From: Patescibacteria group bacterium
GTDB lineage: Bacteria; Patescibacteriota; Microgenomatia; Levybacterales; UBA12049
Direction of reading: 5' to 3'
Length of the DNA stretch: 64,000 nt
Assembly (NCBI GenBank): GCA_038064195.1
Contig: JBBTTO010000002.1
Coordinates: 466,387 to 530,386 of the forward strand
This document shows positions 49,218 to 57,003 of the stretch, one piece after another. A program made the position numbers and the translations under genes. A model generated the notes under the pieces. It saw only the letters and a program-made list of their open reading frames with translations. It searched no databases and was not told where the DNA came from. How positions within the stretch are numbered: the stretch's first letter is position 1; the number at the start of each line of letters is the position of its first letter.

Positions 49218-50392
49218 AGATTCTCATGATCTCATCATATCTGCCGTACCCGCTTTTTGACGGAGGTTCCGTACGCCTGTATAACCTCATGCGGGAATTA
49301 CAAAAAGAGCATGCGATTACGCTTATCTGTGAACAAAGAGTCCACCAAGGAAGGGCTGAAAAAGAGGCTGTAGAAAAAATCTGTAAAAAAGTTATTACCG
49401 TTCCCAGACGTAAGCAATGGTCAATCCCTAATCTTTTGAAAACCGGTTTATCAGGCGACTCTTTTTTGATTGTCGGTCATACACTCCCACAGATGAAAAA
49501 GGCAATCGAAGAAGAACTGAAAGCTGAGGAGTATGACCTTATTCATATAGAGACATCCTATGTGATGCAAAATCTTCCCCGGACAAAACTGCCTATTGTT
49601 TTAGTTGAACATAATATCGAGTATATGGTCTATGAAAAATTTATGAATAAAGCACCACTTCCACTGCGCCTTTTTTTGAAAATTGATATTCAAAAGCTGA
49701 AAAAACGTGAAGAAGCCTTTTGGCATCAGGCAACGCAGGTTGTAACTGTCTCTGATGTCGAAAAAGAAGTTGTCGAGAAGACAGGAATAAAAGCCAAAAC
49801 CGTTTATAACGGGGTCGATCTTGAGACATTCAAATTTAAGAAATCTGAATCTGAGAAAGATATCAAGCAATTCCTTTTTATCGGCAGCTACAAATGGTTA
49901 CAGAATCGTGATTCGGTACGCTGGATTCTTCAGGATATTTGGCCTAAGATAAGACAAAATACGAGTGAAAAAGTCGTTTTGCGGATTGTCGGGCGTGATA
50001 TGCCACGGGATATTAAAAACTGGAAGGATGACACGGTTATTATTGAGGAAAATTCACCGCGTAAAGCCGTCGACATCTTTTCCGAAAGCTTTGCTTTGCT
50101 CGCGCCGATTCGAATTGGAGGAGGAAGTCAATACAAAATTTTAGAAGCAATGGCAGTAGGCACGCCTGTTCTTACAACAAGCCTCGGTCTTTCAGGATTG
50201 GATATTAGTCCCGATCAGGATATCCTTGTTGCCGATACCGCTCAGGGATTAGTCGAGTCAGCCGTTCAATTACTCAAAGATCCAAAGCTATCCCAAAGTC
50301 TCAGAGCTCACGCTCGTAAGCAAATTGAAGCCAAATATGATTGGTCTGCTATCGCCAAAACGTTAGGGAGTGTTTATCAGTCGGTTGTCTAA
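49214..50392 (+). CDS. GT4 glycosyltransferase
   Basis: GT-B organisation. GGGSQYKILEAMAVGTPVL EX7E-like region. ATGA overlap with the upstream gene. Confidence 0.8.
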   Translation: MKILMISSYLPYPLFDGGSVRLYNLMRELQKEHAITLICEQRVHQGRAEKEAVEKICKKVITVPRRKQWSIPNLLKTGLSGDSFLIVGHTLPQMKKAIEEELKAEEYDLIHIETSYVMQNLPRTKLPIVLVEHNIEYMVYEKFMNKAPLPLRLFLKIDIQKLKKREEAFWHQATQVVTVSDVEKEVVEKTGIKAKTVYNGVDLETFKFKKSESEKDIKQFLFIGSYKWLQNRDSVRWILQDIWPKIRQNTSEKVVLRIVGRDMPRDIKNWKDDTVIIEENSPRKAVDIFSESFALLAPIRIGGGSQYKILEAMAVGTPVLTTSLGLSGLDISPDQDILVADTAQGLVESAVQLLKDPKLSQSLRAHARKQIEAKYDWSAIAKTLGSVYQSVV

Positions 50393-50394
50393 AT

Positions 50395-51552
50395 ATGAAA
50401 ATAGGGATTGATGCGAGGTTTTGGAACGAGACAGGAGTCGGGCGTTATATCCGTAATCTGGTTACAGAGCTACAGATTATTGATCAGGATAATGATTATG
50501 TACTCTTTGTCTTAAGTAAAGATTACGAGCAAGTAAAATTTCAAATTTCAAATCTCAAATTTAACATTAGAACTGTTGATATACATTGGCATTCGATTAA
50601 GGAGCAAAAAGATTTTCCTTCAATTATTACCAAGGAAAATCTTGATCTTATGCATTTCCCCTATTTCTCAATTCCAATTCTGTATAAAAGACCATATGTT
50701 GTTACGATTCATGATTTGATTCTTCACCATTTCCCGACCGGTGAAGCAACGACACTCCCAAAACCTGTCTATTTCCTAAAAATGGGCGGATATAAATATA
50801 TTATCTCTCAGGCAGCCAAGCACGCTGAGAAAATCATTGCAGTTTCCCAGGCAACCAAAGACGAGATAGTCGATCACCTTCATGTCAAACCCTCAAAAAT
50901 AGACGTAGTATATGAAGGGATCGATCCACTAATTAAAGACCACCACAAGGGCACTACCTTCAAAGAAGGGTCGCAGAGACCAAAGACCGAGGACCAAAAA
51001 TACGGGAAATACTTTCTGCACATTGGCAATGTCTATCCTCATAAAAATGCAGAACGTTTAGTTGATGCGTTTGGAAAAGCAAATGTTCCTGATACAAGGC
51101 TCATTTTTGTCGGTAAAAAAGATTATTTTATGAGCAAACTTGAACAGCGCGTGAAGAAGCAAGAGCTTCAGGATCGAATACTTTTTACCGGGTTTGTCAC
51201 AGACGAAGAGTTAGCCGGTCTTTTAAAGCACTCCTTAGCAACAGTTGTCCCATCACTTATGGAGGGCTTTGGTTTGCCTGTGATCGAAGCATTTGCCCAA
51301 AATTCCTTAGTTATAGCATCAGATATTCCCTCACTCAGAGAAGTAGCTAAAGACGCTGCTCTTTTTGTTGATCCGTTTAACATTGACGATATTTCTGCTA
51401 AGATGCAAACCGTTGCTTCAGCTGATCCTGAAGAGTTTGAATCACTTCGTAAAAAAGGTTTGGCGATTGCCCGGGGGTTTTCGTGGGAGAAGATGGCCCG
51501 GGAGACACTGAAAATCTATGAAAGTAGCGTTAGTATACGACAGAGTCAATAA
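50395..51552 (+). CDS. GT4 glycosyltransferase
   Basis: MEGFGLPVIEAFAQNSLVI EX7E motif. Start placed at the ATG 2 nt after the upstream stop; the ORF-track TTG at 50341 overlaps the upstream gene. Confidence 0.8.
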   Translation: MKIGIDARFWNETGVGRYIRNLVTELQIIDQDNDYVLFVLSKDYEQVKFQISNLKFNIRTVDIHWHSIKEQKDFPSIITKENLDLMHFPYFSIPILYKRPYVVTIHDLILHHFPTGEATTLPKPVYFLKMGGYKYIISQAAKHAEKIIAVSQATKDEIVDHLHVKPSKIDVVYEGIDPLIKDHHKGTTFKEGSQRPKTEDQKYGKYFLHIGNVYPHKNAERLVDAFGKANVPDTRLIFVGKKDYFMSKLEQRVKKQELQDRILFTGFVTDEELAGLLKHSLATVVPSLMEGFGLPVIEAFAQNSLVIASDIPSLREVAKDAALFVDPFNIDDISAKMQTVASADPEEFESLRKKGLAIARGFSWEKMARETLKIYESSVSIRQSQ

Positions 51553-52600
51553 ATGGGGAGGAGCCGAAAGGGTTCTCCTTGCTCTGCATGAGCTTTTCCC
51601 ACAGGCGCCTCTTTATACCTCGGTCTACCATCATGGGAGGGCACCATGGGCCAGCGTATTTGATATCAGGACTTCCTTTCTTCAGAACTTTCCGTTTGCT
51701 AAAGACTCGCATGAATTGTATCCGCTTTTGATGCCGGCAGCCTTTGAGTCATTTACTTTTGCTGATTATGACCTGGTTATTTCGGTAACCAGCGAGGCAG
51801 CCAAGGGTGTTATTACCAAGCCTGGGACTATGCATATCTGTTACTGTCTTACTCCGACGCGGTATCTGTGGAGCGGTCGCAGTGAGTACTTTTCAAATCC
51901 GATTCTTTCTTTTCTGGCAACACCCGCGATAAACTATTTAAAAAAATGGGATCTGGTTGCCGCGTCCCGTCCCGATCACTATATAGCTATCTCCAGGGAA
52001 GTTAAGGCACGTCTGCACAATTTCTATAGGCGTGATTCAACTATCATCCATCCGCCTGTTGAGCTTTATGCAGGGATACCTCTCAAAAAAACAGCCGGAG
52101 ATTATTATCTCGTTGTTTCACGCTTGGTTCCTTATAAAAGAGTTGATCTTGCCATAAAAGCTTGTAATAAATTAGGCCTTCCCTTAAAAGTCGTAGGTAC
52201 TGGTAACGAGGAGGAGCGCTTACGCGAAATGGCCGGACCGACAGTCGAGTTCATAGGGTCAATATCTGACGAAGGATTGATAAAACTTTACCAGCACGCA
52301 AAGGCGCTTATTTTTCCAGGTCTGGAGGATTTTGGCATAGTTATGGCTGAGTCTTTAGGCTTTGGTAAGCCTGTCATTGCTTTTGACCGCGGAGGGGCCA
52401 GAGATATAGTTGAGGATGGTCGTTCAGGCATACTTTTCACTTCTCAGAATGTAACAGCTCTCATTGAAGCTATCTTAAGATCGCAGAAAATAGATTTTAA
52501 TCCGAAGACATTGAGGAGAAGAGCGGAATTTTTCGGCAAGGATCAATTCAAAAATAAATTTTCCCGCTATATTAAGGAGATTTGCAAAAGCATAAAATAG
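51518..52600 (+). CDS. GT4 glycosyltransferase
   Basis: LEDFGIVMAESLGFGKPVI EX7E motif. 360 aa. Confidence 0.8.
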   Translation: MKVALVYDRVNKWGGAERVLLALHELFPQAPLYTSVYHHGRAPWASVFDIRTSFLQNFPFAKDSHELYPLLMPAAFESFTFADYDLVISVTSEAAKGVITKPGTMHICYCLTPTRYLWSGRSEYFSNPILSFLATPAINYLKKWDLVAASRPDHYIAISREVKARLHNFYRRDSTIIHPPVELYAGIPLKKTAGDYYLVVSRLVPYKRVDLAIKACNKLGLPLKVVGTGNEEERLREMAGPTVEFIGSISDEGLIKLYQHAKALIFPGLEDFGIVMAESLGFGKPVIAFDRGGARDIVEDGRSGILFTSQNVTALIEAILRSQKIDFNPKTLRRRAEFFGKDQFKNKFSRYIKEICKSIK

Positions 52601-52603
52601 CAC

Positions 52604-52609
52604 TATAAT
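52604..52609 (+). promoter_or_regulatory. TATAAT −10 box, 10 nt upstream of the manC ATG
   Basis: Perfect TATAAT in a 19-nt gap. Near-leaderless geometry. Confidence 0.3.
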
Positions 52610-52619
52610 AGATAAAGTT

Positions 52620-53705
52620 ATGAAAGTTGTTCTATTTGCTGGCGGTGTGGGTTCACGTCTCTGGCCACTTTCCCGCAAAAATACCCCTAAGCAATTCGGT
52701 AAGATCATTGGTGATATGTCAATGCTTCAGATAGCTGTGAAAAAACTTTTTCCTTCCTTTACCTGGTCTGACGTTTATATCTCCACCGGCAAACAATATG
52801 AGGAGATCGTACGCAACCAACTCAAAGAATTACCCTCTGAAAATATTCTTATTGAGCCTGAGATGCGTGATGTTGGTCCGGCAGTTGGCCTTATTACCTC
52901 ACTTTTCGTTAAAAGCAATCCCAATGAACCTATCGCGTTACTTTGGGGAAGTGACCATTTAGTTCGGGAAGAAGAACTGTTCCGTAAAGTGCTTAAAGCA
53001 GCTGAGCAACTGGTTCGAGAAGATGGTGAGAGAATTGTTTTTGTCGGTCAAAAGCCCCGGTTTGCCAATCAAAATTTAGGCTATATTGAATACACATCAC
53101 AAGTCAAAGAAGTTGATGGACTACCTGTTTATTCATTTTCCAATTTCCAGTATCGCCCTCATTTATCAAAAGCTGAGAGATGGGTTAAGGACGGCCATCA
53201 TGCGTGGAATTTGGGGTATTTTGTCACAACTCCTGCTTTTCTTTGGAAACTTTTTGAACAGTTCGCCCCTGAGCTCTTCGTTAAGCTTAAAAAAATTAAT
53301 GATGCTATAGGTACTCCTGAATATGATAAGGTGCTGCAGGAAATTTATCCGACAATTGAAAAGATTTCTTTTGATAACGCCATTCTTGAAAAGATGGATC
53401 CTAAATATGGCTACGTGCTTTCTGTTGATTTGGGTTGGAGTGATATTGGCGCGTGGGAAGCTCTGAAAGAGGCTCTATCGGTAAATCAAAATGAAAATGT
53501 CACAAGAGGTGATGTTCTGATTGAAGATACCGAAGATTCATTAGTATTTAATTTTACCAAGCAGCTTGTGGTAGGCATTGATCTAAAGGGTATGGTGGTT
53601 GTAAATACAGGTGATGTACTTCTCATCTGTCCTAAAGATTCAGTACCAAAAGTGAAGGAGATCGTGGCCGGCTTGAGTGGAACAGAACATGAGCATTTGA
53701 CGTAG
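52620..53705 (+). CDS. manC: Mannose-1-phosphate guanylyltransferase (GDP-mannose pyrophosphorylase), no PMI domain
   Basis: GGVGSRLWPLSRKNTPKQF matches the GGxGxRLWPLSR signature. 361 aa. Confidence 0.8.
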   Translation: MKVVLFAGGVGSRLWPLSRKNTPKQFGKIIGDMSMLQIAVKKLFPSFTWSDVYISTGKQYEEIVRNQLKELPSENILIEPEMRDVGPAVGLITSLFVKSNPNEPIALLWGSDHLVREEELFRKVLKAAEQLVREDGERIVFVGQKPRFANQNLGYIEYTSQVKEVDGLPVYSFSNFQYRPHLSKAERWVKDGHHAWNLGYFVTTPAFLWKLFEQFAPELFVKLKKINDAIGTPEYDKVLQEIYPTIEKISFDNAILEKMDPKYGYVLSVDLGWSDIGAWEALKEALSVNQNENVTRGDVLIEDTEDSLVFNFTKQLVVGIDLKGMVVVNTGDVLLICPKDSVPKVKEIVAGLSGTEHEHLT

Positions 53706-53707
53706 CC

Positions 53708-54373
53708 ATGCCATACATCGAAATTAAAAAGAGTAGAGGGTATGAATTAGTAAAGCGGCTCATCGATATAGTATCTGCGCTTATTATTCTCATCATTTTT
53801 TCTCCGGTTATTCTTATTGTCGCTATAGCCATCATGCTTGATTCCAAGGGTCCTATTTTAGCTGATACTCCGGAGCGTGTAGGGCAGGAGGGTAAGCTTT
53901 TTAAGATGTTTAAATTTCGTTCCATGATTCCTAACGCCCATACTATTTTGCGTGAAGATCCTGAATTCGCCGCGCTGTATGAACAGTACAAAAAAGGAAG
54001 TTATAAGCTGAAAAATGATCCGAGGATTACCAGAGTGGGAAGGTTTATCAGGAAGCATTCGTTAGATGAGGCACCCCAGTTGTTTAATGTTCTTAAAGGA
54101 GATATGAGTCTGGTAGGTCCGAGAGCCTACTATCCTGATGAGTTACGAGACCAACAGAAGAAATACCCGGAGACACAAGATGCAGTCAAAGTCGTGCTAT
54201 CGGTAAAGCCTGGAGTGACAGGCCTATGGCAAGTATCAGGCAGAAGTGAAATAAATTTTGACAAACGTATTAAGATGGACGCTAATTATGTAAGAAGACG
54301 TTCAATTCTCTATGATATGTGGTTAATTTTATGTACCCCTGCCGCAGTGATAACGGGGAAAGGAGCGCGGTAA
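53708..54373 (+). CDS. Polyprenyl-phosphate sugar-1-phosphate transferase (bacterial sugar transferase, small monotopic PGT; initiating enzyme)
   Basis: One N-terminal helix LIDIVSALIILIIFSPVILIVAIAIML. Contains FKFRSM, VGPRAYYPDE and PGVTGLWQVSGRS, the hallmarks of the WbaP/PglC C-terminal-domain family. Confidence 0.85.
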   Translation: MPYIEIKKSRGYELVKRLIDIVSALIILIIFSPVILIVAIAIMLDSKGPILADTPERVGQEGKLFKMFKFRSMIPNAHTILREDPEFAALYEQYKKGSYKLKNDPRITRVGRFIRKHSLDEAPQLFNVLKGDMSLVGPRAYYPDELRDQQKKYPETQDAVKVVLSVKPGVTGLWQVSGRSEINFDKRIKMDANYVRRRSILYDMWLILCTPAAVITGKGAR

Positions 54374-54391
54374 TAATTTTCTTCTGTCAAG

Positions 54392-54421
54392 TTGACAAAG
54401 GCTAAAGCTCTCTCGTATCAT
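54392..54421 (+). promoter_or_regulatory. Candidate promoter TTGACA-N18-TATCAT, ending 6 nt before the ATG at 54428
   Basis: Perfect −35 hexamer. The ORF-track TTG start coincides with the −35 box, so the true start is more likely the ATG at 54428 (leaderless). Confidence 0.4.
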
Positions 54422-54427
54422 TGTCAT

Positions 54428-56368
54428 ATGCCCGGATTTGAGAAAATCGATCTTGATCTTAAAAACGAGATAGTCACACCACTCTCACCTATGGCGCGTA
54501 CTAAAAAACATAATGCGTTTATCAAGAAGCATCTAAAAGTTATCAGTATTGGGTCGGTAATTTTTGTTATCTTTTTGCTATTTGGGCTGATTCTCCCCCT
54601 CCTAACCGTTGTTAAATCAGCCAAACAGACGTACGCTCAGGCTAAAATCCTTTCCAGTGCTATCAAGCAGCAAAACATAGCAGTAGCCTCACAGGAGTTA
54701 GTTAAGACCCAATCTGCACTGGCCGATACCCAGAAAAAGATGCGTATTCTCGGCTATCTTCATTTTGTCCCGTTGGCTAACTTTTATTATAACGATGCCA
54801 GCCACCTGATGAACGCGGGAGCCGAAGGTCTCAAGACAGCAACTATTGTTATTGATGCCTTAAAACCATATGCTGACGTTTTAGGTCTTAAAGGACAGGG
54901 AAGCTTTGTCGGAGGATCGGCTGAAGACAGGATCAAAACTGCAGTTTTGACTATGGGTAAGATTACTCCTCAGATCGATCAAATCTCAGAAAGCTTAGTT
55001 AACGTTAAATCAGAGATTGATCAGGTAAATCCCAATCATTATCCGTCCGTTTTGTTTGGCTCCAAGATTAAGACTCAGCTGATAGCTGCTAAGACCTTAA
55101 CTGATGAGGGAGTTGCGTTTGTCAATCAGGCCCGTCCGCTTATTAAAGTACTTCCGTCACTACTCGGTGAGTCGGAAGAGAAAAAATATCTTATTCTTTT
55201 CCAAAATGATAAAGAACTGCGTCCGACCGGCGGATTTATCACCGCCTACGCTGTTTTCAGATTGGATAAAGGAATTATTCACTTAGAGCGATCTGATGAT
55301 ATTTATAAGCTTGATGACTCAATCTCCAGTAAGCCAGCAGCTCCAGCTCCGATTTTGAAGTATCTTCCTAAAGTGTACACATTAAATCTTCGTGACAGCA
55401 ATCTTTCACCTGATTTTGTTGAGTCAATGATTCAGTTTAATAAGCTCTATGATAAAGCCGGTCAAAAAGTCGCTGTTGACGGCATCATTGCTCTGGATAC
55501 TTACGTCCTCACCTCGACTATTAAAATTCTTGATGATCAGATAACAGTTGACGGCCAGACCTTTACTACCAAAAATGATCCCCGTTGTGACTGTGCCCAG
55601 GTGATCTATTCACTTGAGGATAGTATTTCCCGACCGGTCAATTACATCAAAACAGATCGTAAGGGATTACTCGGAGATATGCTTGCAGCGCTGATGAGTA
55701 AAGCTTTGTCTTCATCCCCTAAGATCTACTGGGGACCGTTATTTCAGTCCATGCTCGCCCAGACTCATCAAAAGCATATTCTTTTCTATCTCTTTGACAA
55801 AGATGCTCAGTCAGGTATTGAGTCACTTCAGGCAGCGGGTAAGATTGTGCCCTTTGAGGGGGACTATCTCCATATTAACGAAGCCAATTTCAGCGGAGCC
55901 AAGGCCAATCTCTTTATCACGCAAAAAGTTGAGAATTCCTATGATATTAAAGGTGACGGTACAATTAGTAAGACCGTGACTATTAATTACAAAAATACGC
56001 ACGCGCCGTCTGACTGTAATTTGGAGCGGGGCGGTCTGTGTCTGAACGCAGAGTATCGTGACTGGATCCGGGTCTATGTACCAAAAGGCAGTAAGCTGAC
56101 TGATAGTAAAGGCAATGAAGTCAAAGTCAGTACCTATGATGAGTTAGGCAAGACGGTCTTTGACAGCTTTATTACTGTCAGACCGCTGGGGGCCGCGACG
56201 TATACACTGACGTATACGTTGCCTTTCAAAGTACAAAATCGCGTCTTACCCTTGTTGATCCAAAAACAACCGGGGACTGATCAGCCGGCGTATACAGTCA
56301 AAGTCGGCGGACGTACCGTTGAGAAATTTGACCTCCTGATTGATAAAGAGCTTAAATTAAAGATTTAA
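54428..56368 (+). CDS. DUF4012-like membrane-anchored extracytoplasmic protein
   Basis: One N-terminal helix VISIGSVIFVIFLLFGLILPLLTVV, then about 590 aa of hydrophilic, probably exported sequence. I recognise the size and context as DUF4012-type proteins that accompany polysaccharide loci; this was not verified. Confidence 0.45.
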   Translation: MPGFEKIDLDLKNEIVTPLSPMARTKKHNAFIKKHLKVISIGSVIFVIFLLFGLILPLLTVVKSAKQTYAQAKILSSAIKQQNIAVASQELVKTQSALADTQKKMRILGYLHFVPLANFYYNDASHLMNAGAEGLKTATIVIDALKPYADVLGLKGQGSFVGGSAEDRIKTAVLTMGKITPQIDQISESLVNVKSEIDQVNPNHYPSVLFGSKIKTQLIAAKTLTDEGVAFVNQARPLIKVLPSLLGESEEKKYLILFQNDKELRPTGGFITAYAVFRLDKGIIHLERSDDIYKLDDSISSKPAAPAPILKYLPKVYTLNLRDSNLSPDFVESMIQFNKLYDKAGQKVAVDGIIALDTYVLTSTIKILDDQITVDGQTFTTKNDPRCDCAQVIYSLEDSISRPVNYIKTDRKGLLGDMLAALMSKALSSSPKIYWGPLFQSMLAQTHQKHILFYLFDKDAQSGIESLQAAGKIVPFEGDYLHINEANFSGAKANLFITQKVENSYDIKGDGTISKTVTINYKNTHAPSDCNLERGGLCLNAEYRDWIRVYVPKGSKLTDSKGNEVKVSTYDELGKTVFDSFITVRPLGAATYTLTYTLPFKVQNRVLPLLIQKQPGTDQPAYTVKVGGRTVEKFDLLIDKELKLKI

Positions 56369-56415
56369 AGTTATAAAATGTCATTCCGGACTTGTTTCGG
56401 AATCCCCAAAATGAG

Positions 56416-56436
56416 ATGCTGAATCAAGTTCAGCAT
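56416..56436 (+). other. Perfect hairpin (8-bp stem, 5-nt loop) ATGCTGAA-TCAAG-TTCAGCAT, 12 nt upstream of recO; no U-tract
   Basis: Exact inverted repeat read directly from the sequence. A weaker hairpin ATTCCG-N9-CGGAAT lies at 56383..56403. Confidence 0.3.
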
Positions 56437-56447
56437 GACAACTCAGT

Positions 56448-56996
56448 ATGCGAAGTTTTAAAACAGAAGGAATTGTTATCAAGCGGCGTGATTTTAATGA
56501 GGCTGATAGGATCATCACTGTCTATACCAAAGACATGGGGAAAATCAGTATGAAGGCCACAGGGGTAAGGCGTATTACCAGCAGGCGTGCTTCCCACATT
56601 GAACTCCTCAATTACACCCGGGTTTCACTCTACAAAGCCCATCATATGCCTGTTTTGGTTGAGGCACAGATGCTCAATAGTTTTACGCAGATCAAAAATG
56701 ATCTGCAAAAAACAGGGTTTGCTTATCATATTTGTGAATTGATCGACGGACTTTGTCCTGAAGGACAGGATCAGCCGGAAATATTTATGACCCTTAAAGG
56801 AATTCTTAATGAATTGTCACTTGTGCAGGGACCGGAGATACTTTTTAAAGTCCACGATTTTGAGGTGCAACTTTTAACACTGCTTGGTTTTTGGCACAAG
56901 ACACCGAGCGCATCTAGCTCTTTGGATACGCATCAATTCATAGAAAGTATTTTGGAACGAAGACTAAAAAGTCGTCGAATCTTCGAAAAATTATAG
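56448..56996 (+). CDS. recO: DNA repair protein RecO, short form lacking the C-terminal zinc-finger region
   Basis: N-terminal OB-fold region EGIVIKRRDFNEADRIITVYTKDMGKISMKATGVRR is typical RecO. Only 182 aa and no CxxC pairs. Confidence 0.65.
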   Translation: MRSFKTEGIVIKRRDFNEADRIITVYTKDMGKISMKATGVRRITSRRASHIELLNYTRVSLYKAHHMPVLVEAQMLNSFTQIKNDLQKTGFAYHICELIDGLCPEGQDQPEIFMTLKGILNELSLVQGPEILFKVHDFEVQLLTLLGFWHKTPSASSSLDTHQFIESILERRLKSRRIFEKL

Positions 56997-57003
56997 AGGC
57001 ACA

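Noticed and set aside
30152-53705. Complete colitose pathway (gmd, colC) in the window
   Set aside because: I found ManC and the ColD-like dehydratase but could not recognise a GDP-mannose 4,6-dehydratase or ColC-type reductase. The only SDRs (19440, 37071) carry GalE and UDP-GlcA-epimerase signatures. The 3,6-dideoxyhexose inference therefore rests on the His188 signature alone.
56416-56436. Possible LexA/Cheo box (GAAC-N4-GTTC) within the recO-proximal palindrome
   Set aside because: The palindrome reads GAAT-CAA-GTTC, with the wrong spacing and one mismatch relative to the Gram-positive SOS box. recO is not a typical SOS gene.
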